DNA from: Octopus vulgaris
Lineage: Eukaryota
Direction: 5' to 3'
DNA length: 64,000 nt
Assembly: GCA_951406725.2 (NCBI GenBank)
Contig: OX597823.1
Span: 25,792,001 to 25,856,000 of the forward strand
The notes beneath the pieces are model-generated. The model worked only from the letters and a program-made list of their open reading frames with translations, searched no databases and was not told the origin of the DNA. The first letter of the stretch is position 1; each line of letters starts with the position of its first letter. Both the position numbers and the translations under genes were made by a program. Below are positions 1 through 64,000 of the stretch, in pieces.

Positions 1-444
1 TATTCGCGTTCCTTAATAGCGTCGGGGACTTGAGACACGGCGATAGAAGAGAAAGGACGTATTTTCATACGTGTGATCAGCCTATTCTCCTGTCCCAGAC
101 GCTTAGGATTTTAACCTGTTCTATTGCTGCTGAATTGTTGTAAGAAGCTTACAAAAGTTAGAATTCAGCCTTGCTGTGTTGAACTAGGTGGATACCAGTA
201 TACCATCATGTTTCATTGTTGATTAAGAGAATAAAGAATTGTATATATGTTTAAACTTGCGTTTCGTTCCTGACTGGTAGTTTCTAGAAACAAAAAATGT
301 CGGGCTAAGAGATCCTTACAGATCCTTAACCAAATTTTCAAGAAATTATGTCATCTTTAAAAAAAATGAAGAATACATTGGATAATGTATATTATGTCTG
401 GAAAAAAGACAAGAGGATGTGCTTAGAGTGCTTTTAACTAGATT

Positions 445-663
445 TTGTTATTCTTTTTTTTAATACACACCGTTGGAGCTGCCCATTTTACTTATTCCAC
501 TTTTTGGATGACTCCAATTTTCTCTAATCTGTCTAATTGTTCATTGATATGTTTTATTACAGCAAAAGGTTCCATTCTTTTAGGTTTGAACACTGGTACT
601 GTGTTTTCCTTAATTTGGAAATATGTCTCTATCTTAGAACACAAACCTAATTTATCTAACAAC
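445..663 (-). mobile_element. Ty3/Gypsy LTR-retrotransposon pol fragment
   Basis: LGLCSKIETYFQIKENTVPVFKPKRMEPFA...LDRLEKIGVIQKVE*VKWAAPTVCIKKK resembles the start of a Gypsy RT; contains a stop. Confidence 0.75.
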
Positions 664-3423
664 CTCGACCCAAAATATGGTGCAAAGTCCCCTCTTGACC
701 CAAAATATGGTGCAAAGTCCCCTCTCGGCCCAAAATAACGTTGTGGTGGAACAATGCTGTTGACAGGGCTATTAGACAAAAGAAACTGGCTTGGTAGGAC
801 TGGAAGAACGGTGGTAGCAGGGAAGTGTATCAGACTGCCAGAAGGGAAGCTAGGAGGCAGGTTTATTTAGCCAAAGGGGAAGCAGATAAGAAAAAATTTG
901 CCAATGTTCTGCACCGTGAGGACCAAAGACTTGAGATATTTCGTGTTGCACGACAGTGTAAGAGAGAATCGTGATGTGGTAGGAGAGAAATGTGTTCGCA
1001 TGGATGATGGTTCACTTGCGCTAAATGAGGATGCAAAGAGAGAGGTTTGGAGACACCACTATGAAAGGTTGCTGAATAAAGAAAATGAATGGGAGAAAGA
1101 GATTCTGCCAAATGTTGACCTAACAGAGAGACCAGCTATCCGAGTTGACAGTACCTTGGTAGATAAGGCAATTAGAAGTATGAAGACAGGGAAAGCTCCC
1201 AGCCCATCAGGAATTACTGTAGAGATGCTCAAAATATCTGGCAGTGTTAGCTATAGCCTAGTCACCCGTATAGTTAACCAGGGGATACACGAAGGAGTCA
1301 TACCCAATGACTGGTGTAGCAGCATAATAGTCAACTGCTACAAAGGTAAAGGTGACGCTTTAGATACAAATAATTACAGAGGTATTAAGCTGTTGGATCA
1401 GGTAATGAAGGTCACTGAGAGGGTCATAGCCCAACTGATTAGGGAAAGAGTTAGCTTGGTTGAGATGCAGTTTGGTTTCATGCCAGGGAAAAGCACCACT
1501 GATGCCATATTTCTGGTAAGACAGCTGCAGGAGAAATACCTAGCCAAAGATAAGCCTCTGTACCTGGTTTTCATTGACATGGAGAAAGCCTTTGACAGGG
1601 TCCCCCAATCCCTTATCTGGTGGTCAATGAGATAACTAGGGATAGATGAATAGTTAGTGAGAGCTGTGCAAGCCATGTACAGGGATGCTGTAAGTAAGGT
1701 GATGGTTGGCAATGAGTACAGTGAAGAATTCAGAGTAGAGGTAGGGGTCCACCAAGGTTCAGTCCTCAGCCCCCCTCATATTTATTATAGTCCTCCAGGC
1801 AATAATGGAGGAATTCAAGACAGGATGCCCCTGGGAGCTCCTCTATGCTGATGACCTTGTTCTAATTGCTGAGTCACTATCAGAACTAGAGAATTTTCAA
1901 GTGTGGAAACAAGGATTAGAATTGAAGGGCCTTAGAATCAACCTAGCTAAAACCAAAGTCCTAATAAGTAGAAAGGCAGACAAACCATAAATCCCTTCAG
2001 GTAGATGGCCCTGCTCAATCTGTAGTAGAGGCATAGATAGAAACTCTATAAGATGTACCAAGTGTAAGCTTTGGACACATAAGAGATGCAGTAATATCAA
2101 AGGAAGGCTAACTGGGAAGATAGTTTTTGTATGTGGCAGATGCTCGGGAGCAATAAACACTGATAATGTGCAGAGAACAACTTCCGCCACATTCCAGGGA
2201 GAAAAACTAGTAGTTGATAGCTTCCGTTACCTAGATGACCAAGTCAGTAGCGGAGGAGGGTGCGCTGAAAGTGTAGCTGCTAGAACAAGAATAGCTTGGG
2301 CAAAGTTCAGAGAGCTCTTACCTCTGCTGGTGACAAAGGGCCTCTCGCTCAGAGTAAAAGGTAGACTGTATGACGCTTGTGTACAAACAGCCATACTACA
2401 TGGCAGTGAAACATGGGCTGTGACTGCTGAGGACATGCGTAAGCTCGCAAGGAATGAAGCCAGTATGATCCGATGGATGTGGAAAATCAGTGTGCATACT
2501 CAACAGAGTGTAAGTACCTTGAGAGAAAAGTTGGACCTAAGAAGCATCAGATGTAGTGTGCAAGAGAGACGACTGCGCTGGTATGGTCATGTGGTGAGAA
2601 TGGAGGAGGATAGCTGTGTGAAAAAGTGCCACATCCTAGTGGTTGAGGGAACCTGTGGAAGCGGTAGACCCAGGAAGACCTGGGATGAAGTTTAGGCCTC
2701 ACCAAGGAAATGACTAGTGACCGAGACTTTTGAAAATATGCTGTGCTTGAGAAGACCTGGCAAGCCAAATGGGACCATAACCAGCTCACCTATGCATACC
2801 TTTTCCTTCTTTGGACACTAAACTCTGCTTACGAAGACCTGTTGAGGCAAATGAAATCAAAATCAAATTCAATGACTAGCGAAGTGCAAAGAGCACCATA
2901 GGAGTGTGATCGTTGACAGAGCGGCTAATCAGCTTCCGTGCCAGTGACACATAAAAGGCACCATTCGAGTGTGATCATCACCAGCGTCGCCTTACAGGCA
3001 TTTGTGCCTGTGCTAGTAGGGTGCCAAGAACACCATCCGAGCATGATCGTTGCCACAGAGCACCATCTGAAAGTGATCGTTGCCAGAGTGGCTAACTGGC
3101 TTCCGTGCCGGTGGCATGTAAAAGGGCACCATTCGAGCATGATCATTACCAGCGTCACCTTACTGGCACCTGTGACAGTGGCATGTGTAAAAAGATTTGA
3201 GCGAGGTCATTGCCAGTACAGCCTGACTGGCCCCCGTGCCGGTGGCACATAAAAAGCACCCACTACACTCTCGGAGTGGTTGGCATTAGGAAGGGCATCC
3301 AGCTGTAGAAACTCTGCCAGATCAAGATTGGAGCCTGGTGCAGCCATCCAGTTCGCCAGCCCTCAGTCAAAATCGTCCAACCCATGCTAGCATGGAAAGC
3401 AGACGTTAAACGATGATGATGAC
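664..3423 (+). mobile_element. RTE-clade LINE, 5'-truncated and decayed, with 3' UTR and (GAT)n tail
   Basis: WWNNAV, KTGKAPSP, NYRGIKLL, QFGFMPGKSTTDAIF, DMEKAFD, GVHQGSVLSP, LLYADD and RRLRWYGHV are spread over frameshifted ORFs; ends ...gttaaacgatgatgatga. Confidence 0.92.
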
Positions 3424-3814
3424 TTAAGGAAAAGCATTTTAAAATTTTTTCTTCAATTCATCTGATACCTTATTCTTACTGGAGGAACAATCATTTATGT
3501 AATTACAGAACAGATTTATAGAGAAGTCCCATAAATCAAGCAACTCCATTCAGTCAGCACCAAACGAGTTTGTTGCATTTTTTAACACAAACACTTTTGC
3601 ATTATAGGTTTTTTGCCTAAGAAGTGTAATCTTTCACCTGTGATGCCTCGCAAACTTTTCAATGTTTACTATAATGTAAGTTTCCCAATTTTCCGAATTT
3701 GGCTAGTCCATTCTCACAGGGGTGTCATGATTCTTGCCATAACATCATCATACCCAGAAAAATAAAACTAGGATTTTTCATAATAATAATAATAATTATA
3801 ATAATAATAATAAT

Positions 3815-4026
3815 GGTTTCAAATTTTGCCACAAGAGCAGCAATCTTGTAGGAGGGGATAAGTCAATTACATCAATTCCAGTGTTTCATTGGTACTTAAT
3901 TTATTGACTCCGAAAGGAGGAAAGGCAAAGTCGACCTAGGTGGAATTTGAACAGAGAACATAGTGACAGGCGAAATACCACTAAGCATTTTGTCCAGCAT
4001 GCTAATGATTCTGCCAGCTCACTGCT

Positions 4027-4029
<3 letters not shown>
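3815..4029 (-). mobile_element. tRNA-derived SINE family A inside an (AAT)n tract
   Basis: A-box-like TGGCAGAATCATTAG, B-box-like GTTCAAATTCC, body gtcgactttgcctttc; more than 10 copies in the window. Confidence 0.8.
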
Positions 4030-4059
<30 letters not shown>

Positions 4060-4207
4060 GTAATAATAATAATAATTCTTTCTACTATAAACACAATGCC
4101 TGAAATTTGTAGGAAGGTGCCATTCAACTACAGGCAAAATGTCGCTGCATATTTCATTTGTCTTTATGTTAGTATAACTGTTAATGACTCTGCCAGATTA
4201 CACTGTA

Positions 4208-4599
4208 TTGTTGCTGTTGAGTGTAGCGGTCTTCCTCCCAGAGCTCACAAGATCGCACCTCTGTAGTGGGAGAAGTCCAAAATGTGGTCCTTTGCTATTT
4301 GTAAGACCCGCAGAAGAGAAAGCAGGTCAACCCCCAACACCAAGAGCATTGACAGATGGATGAATGCGCATCAAGGCTCAGCGGTTGTGTAGGAAGTCGG
4401 GGACAAGAAACAGGGAGAAAGAGTGAGAGAAAGTTCGGGCGAAAGAATATAACAGGGTCGCCACCACCCCCTGCCGTAGCCTCGTGGAGCTTTAGGTGTT
4501 TTCGCTCAACAAACACACATAACGCTCGGTCTGGGAATTGAAACCGCGATCATCCGACCACAAGTCCGCTGCCCTAACCATTGGGCCATTGCACCTCCA
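4208..4599 (-). mobile_element. tRNA-derived SINE family B (CAA-tailed variant)
   Basis: Head ggaggtgcaatggcccaatggttagggcagcggac is shared with the copies at 59472 and 23322. Confidence 0.8.
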
Positions 4600-4702
4600 T
4601 GCTGTTGTTGTTGTTGGTGGTTTCTGATTTTGGCACAAAACCTTAAGTTCGGGGAAGACGGTTAGTTGATATTATTGACCTAAGTAATTGATTGGTGCCC
4701 AT

Positions 4703-4942
4703 GGGCATATGGCATAGTGGTTAAGAGCATGGGATACTAACCTCAAGATTCCAAGTTCAATTCCAGGCAGTGACCTGAATAATAATAATAATAATAACAA
4801 CAACAACATCAAAAAAATACCTTAGGAATGAGAACCCAAGTTTGAAATTTCCCCAAGATACCTGATGAACAAATAAGATGAGGACAAATATCCGTCAAAG
4901 GTAAATAATGTACATAATTCCTCATCTTTTAAATATAGAATT
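4703..4942 (+). mobile_element. tRNA-headed SINE-like element with internal (AAT)n(AAC)n
   Basis: tggcatagtggttaagagc A box and gttcaattcc B box; no complete cloverleaf. Confidence 0.55.
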
Positions 4943-5559
4943 GACTGAAGCTTATTCAATGACCCCTGAGAGATAGAGGCAAAGTTGACTTCAGTGGGAA
5001 TCGAACTCAGAATGCTACAAGACACTCTAATGAATCAGCCAGCTCATCATCAGTTTTTTCATGCTTGACAAGTATGATGCTTTTCATTGAGGCAGATTTT
5101 CTAGTTCTGGATGTTTCCCTTGTCACTAACTTCCACCTGATTCTAAGCACCTGATTCTTAATATTTTTCCTTGGTTAGACATGTTTTCATGGAAGATTGA
5201 TGGTGACACTTGTTTACAACTACCATGCAATGTCAAGACAAAGAAACACACAAACACACACTTTTTCTCACATCTTTCAGCAATATACAGTAATCTGTTG
5301 TTAAGGCTAATGTACAATCCAGTTTAACATTATTACCAGTTTTTAGGTGCCTTTCAAAGAATTCTTTTTGTTACAAGTGTTCATATCAGATCCATGAATT
5401 CCGTCAGCACCTGTCTTTAGAGTGGCTTTTTTTTTTTTCTAGAAACATTAACCTGCAGTATTCAAAATAACATCAGTCACATTTGTTTTGACATCCTGAA
5501 AGTGTAGTTTACAGAGGTCAAGCCCACTGCAGCTTCTCATTTCTTCTTCTTCCCCATTG

Positions 5560-6800
5560 TCATCATCGTCACCATCATCACTATCATAGATCAGACAGAA
5601 TTCACTGAGACAGCTTTTCTACAATTTCATGTCCTTCCTGTCACCAAGTCCCACTTGTTTCCAAGCAAGATAATATTTTCCCATGCCCAGATATGTTTTT
5701 CATGGAATGTTAACTTTTACTGGTACAATAGTGATACTCGTTTACAACTCTCGCACAATGTTGAGACAAGGAGGTACAAACACATACACATTTATACATA
5801 CATATGAGGTGGGATCAAAAAGTTCCCAGGTTAGTTATGGCTAATAATCATCTCCTTCAAAACAGCCACCTTACACTGGTCTCAGTGTTCCTGCCAATTT
5901 TGGAATCCAGCCTGGAAGTCGTTTTCTGTAAGCTAGTCGAGGACCTTCTGTGATTTGCTCTGGATCTCAACAACAGTATTAAAACAGTAACCTTTGAGCT
6001 GCATTTTCATCTTGGAGAAGAGATGGAAGTCCACAGGTGCTAAATCTGGCAAATAAGGTGGGTGCAAAAGCAATACCAAGGTGTTTCAGGCAAAGAACTC
6101 ATGAGTGAGAAGGGCTCAGTAACAGGGTGCATTATCATCATGTAGAATCCAATTCTTCGCTCTCCACAGATCTGGTCACTTTCACTGAATGTCTTCTCTC
6201 AAACACTTCAAAACCTCTCAGTAGAACTCTCAATGTGATGGTCTAGCCCTGGGGAACAAATTCCCGATGCACAATACTACAGGTGTTGAAAAAAACGTCC
6301 AGGGACATTCTTCTGCTTTTGAAGTGCCTATACCACTTGAAACATTGTGTATGACCCATTGACAAAGCATGTTCGATGTTTCAGTAGCAGAGTTCCCAAG
6401 TTTAATGCAAAATTTCATGTTGGCTCTTTGTTCCAACTTCCTGTCCAAGACAAAAATTGAAGACTACAGCATACATATGATAACAGAAACTTGCAAAGTA
6501 AACACAGCGATGTCACTTGGCACATTGCCTCATGAAGGTCACTACTAACTCTCACTATGCACACAACCATGCACTGCCATCTGTTGGTGCAATACAGATC
6601 TAATCCAGGAACTTTTTGATACCACCTCATATATATAAAGATGTGTGTGAGACAGGCTTCTTTCAGTTTGCAAATGCTAATTCCATTCACAAGGCTTTCA
6701 TCAAGAGTTATTGTAGAAGATACTTGCCTAAATTGTCACACAAAAGAACTGAACCTGGAACCACATGATTGAGAAACAAACTTCTTAACCACACTGCCAG
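5560..6800 (-). mobile_element. SINE family C (tRNA/CORE-like head plus RTE-like tail) split by a mariner insertion
   Basis: Head at ~6650-6800 and tail at ~5560-5800 match the contiguous copies at 29815 and 56262. Confidence 0.6.
5805..6629 (-). mobile_element. Tc1/mariner element, internally deleted
   Basis: TIRs tgaggtgggatcaaaaagttcc / ggaactttttgataccacctca, flanking TA; remnants EQRANMKFCIKLG and HPPYLPDLAPVDFHLF. Confidence 0.88.
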
Positions 6801-6858
6801 GTTTGCACAGCCACTACCTTACAAAAATAAACACTAACAGTTAAATTGCAGAATATTC

Positions 6859-6862
<4 letters not shown>

Positions 6863-6910
<48 letters not shown>

Positions 6911-6955
6911 TCTCTCTCCATCTCTATCTTTCTCTTTTCCATCTTTCTCTCTCTA
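6863..6955. repeat. (CT)n microsatellite
   Basis: Seen directly. Confidence 0.95.
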
Positions 6956-7027
6956 TCATTCATATATTGACAAAAAAAGTAACCAAACAAATTTTATATA
7001 TTAGAAAAAGGAATTATTTTATTTGAT

Positions 7028-7033
7028 TTTATT
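7028..7033 (-). terminator. Candidate polyadenylation signal AATAAA of the SLC18B1-like gene
   Basis: tttatt on the plus strand about 220 nt downstream of the stop; AT-rich context, so weak evidence. Confidence 0.3.
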
Positions 7034-7249
7034 TTCCTTAAATATAAAAAATGTTGTTTTAATTTTTAATAGCATTATATGAATATGATTAATATAAAAT
7101 GTAACATGGAAATATCCTTGGTATGAAAGCAGTTTTACTTTAGTTTGTTTGATTTTTTCCCCCATTTAAGTATGTTTTTTCTTTATCTTTTTTTCAAATC
7201 TCCTTTTCATCAGCCTACCCCATCCAATACACGAATATCAGATACAACA

Positions 7250-61547
<54,298 letters not shown>

Positions 61548-62869
61548 TTTTTTGTCCAAGTATTTTTTAACATCCCACACGAGTCAGCTCCAGCAAATTT
61601 TGGATTAAAATAACTCTGGAAAAGAAATGAAAAACAATATAAGAGTAATAAAAACAAAATATTAAAATTTTTTTTTAATGAAAAATGAATTTTTACATTG
61701 GTTTATGATCAATGAATTTAGAAATGGCAGAGGCTGAAACAGTGAGACAAGCTACTAAGGAAAAAAGTCTGAAAACTAAGGCAAAGGAACATCAACATGG
61801 TCATTTATAGAAATCATATAAGAATTTGAAATGATTTAAAATCTGAAATATTGTATCAGTTGTGCACTCTCACTCTCTATAATGTTTACACTTATAGGGT
61901 TACTATTATATTGTAACTTATTTACTTTTTACTTACAGGGGCACTGCCTTGAAGGGCTTTTAACAGATCAACCCCAACACTTGTTTCTCAAGTCTCATAT
62001 TCATTCTAGTGATATTTTTTGCCAAACTGCTAAGTTAGGGGAATGTAAGCAAACCAGCCTTAGTTATGCAGTGGGGGAAGAACAACATGGACACAAAGAC
62101 ACACATACAACAGGCTTCCACACAGTTTCTGCTTATCTTACAAGGCATTGATTAGCCCAGAGCAATAGTGGAAGACACTATTCCAAGGTGCTGCACAGTG
62201 GGACTGAACCCAAAACCACATGATTGCAAAGTGAGCTTCTAAACCACACAGTCATGCTTACTTCATTTAATTTGTTTTGCTTTGACTCATTTCCATTTAG
62301 TGACAGCTATAGATAGAGCTCATTAAAAGTCACAATATCACTAAATATAGCCTTTCTCCAACTGATTATTATCATGAAAGATATGAAACTTAAGCTTAGA
62401 TATGGGTAATATACATTCACTTTGATATATACTTTGTGATTTGTTTTTCAGTTTCATTATTTACATTAAATGCATTCTATTTCTAATACAAATTACTGAC
62501 TAGTCTTACAACAATTACAATATACTGATACGTTTTGTGAAACATATATATATAGAGAGAGGTTAGTTGAGTTAGAGGTTATAATAACCATCTAAGGGAT
62601 AAAAGTATCCAAAATACTACTGGTATATTACCTATATTTAAACATGAGTAAAAGTATTATGCTCATAAATTATAGGTAAAAACAAGGTTAAAAAAGAGTT
62701 TATCAAGATTCAAAATTTTCTGTTTTCTACCAAATCTACTCGAAGTTTTGACCAGCCTGAGACTATAGAAGAAGATACTTGCCCAAGATGTCACACAATC
62801 AAACTGAACTTGAAACTATATGGTTGAGAATATATAAATATATATATATATATTATATTATATAACTAA

Positions 62870-63206
62870 AAGGGTAAAGACCTCCTTTGGTCATGAATGA
62901 CCATAAGATTGCACCTAGGAATTTCCCCTCCAAGGCATAAGTCCAGGCAAGGTTGTTTGTAGAAGACCAGCAGTCACCCATGCACACCGGCCTCCCCTCT
63001 TTGCATCTCCAATGTTGTCCAAGGGAAAGGCAAAGGCCGGTACACCTTTGCATTAGTGACATAACTAATTTCTACAGTTGAGTGAACTGAAGCAATGTGA
63101 AATAAAGTATCTTGCTCAAGAACAAAACACACAGCCTAGTCTGGAAATCAAAGTCACAACCTCATCAGGATTGTAAACCCAATGCCCTAATCACTGAGCT
63201 ATGTGC
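62870..63206 (-). mobile_element. tRNA-derived SINE (fourth family, CORE-like)
   Basis: Reverse-complement head gcacatagctcagtgattagggcatt and cttgagcaagatacttt block. Confidence 0.6.
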
Positions 63207-63437
63207 TGTCATTCATTCATTCATACATACATACATGCATGCATACATACATACATACATGAATGCATGCATACTTACATACATACATACATACATGCAT
63301 ACATACATGTACTCACAGGTTATCCATATCTAATGGATACCAGTTGCATCTATAGAGTGACATCGTGTGTTGCTGAATACTGAAACATATGTAACAATTG
63401 GAATAAAGGAGTAGCAAGTTATGCCCATCTTCTCTTA

Positions 63438-64000
63438 TATCATCATCATTTAAGGTCCATTTTCCATGCTGGTACGGGTTGGATGATTAGACCAGGGCTG
63501 GCCAGCTGAAGAGCTACTCAGGCACCATATCTGTTTTGGCATAGTTTCTATGTGGCAGGTGCTTTTTATGTGGCACTGGCACCAATAAGCCTGCAAGATT
63601 AGGAACACTCAACTGAAGAGGGATGCAGGGGACATGTCTGTATGCATAGATGACCATGTATTTACTTAACTTGATGTGTCTTCTGAAGCACACCAGGAGT
63701 CTCAGTCCCCTGTCATCCCCTCCGTGAGGCCCAACATCTGAAGATCATTTCTCACCACTTCATCCCACAACTTCCTAGGTTTACCCCTTCCACATGTTCC
63801 CTCCACAATTAGAACTTGGAACTTCTTGATGAAACTGTCTTCATTCATATGCATTACATGACCATACCAGCGCAGCCTTCTCTCTTACACACTACATCTG
63901 ATGCCCCATATACCCAGATTTTCTCTCAAACCACTTACACTCTGTTGTATATGTACACTGACATTACTCATCCAGTGAAGCATACTGAAGCCTTTGCATG
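63438..64000 (-). mobile_element. RTE LINE 3' part, runs off the window end
   Basis: RRLRWYGHV on the minus strand; (CAT)n tail at ~63440. Confidence 0.8.

Noticed and set aside
1-440. Possible LTR or Penelope remnant at the window start
   Set aside because: No diagnostic termini or motif that I can support
4703-4775. tRNA gene (also at 59472 and other SINE heads)
   Set aside because: Has A/B boxes but no full cloverleaf, and continues into a repeat body, so treated as a SINE head
61548-61580. ORF-track start at 61580 (MWDVKK)
   Set aside because: It is a GTG. The first in-frame ATG is at 61547.

Overview
AT-rich, repeat-dense animal genomic DNA. The repeat landscape resembles a coleoid cephalopod such as Octopus; this is an inference, not a database result. 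One host gene can be reconstructed: a minus-strand MFS transporter of the SLC18B1 (vesicular polyamine transporter) family. It has 13 coding exons from 61547 to 7250 (1467 nt, 488 aa), all GT-AG with consistent phases. Introns and flanks are filled with mobile elements: RTE LINEs, CR1-type LINEs, R4/Dong-type elements, Penelope-like remnants, mariner, piggyBac, Helitron and Gypsy fragments, several tRNA-derived SINE families, and microsatellites. The most unusual signals are: a set of type I hammerhead ribozyme motifs tied to Penelope-like remnants; a two-hairpin ~61-bp dimeric array in an RTE 3' UTR; several long intronic fold-back palindromes; a locally templated insertion; and a (TAA)n insertion hotspot. 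All coordinates were read by eye. Repeat boundaries are approximate.
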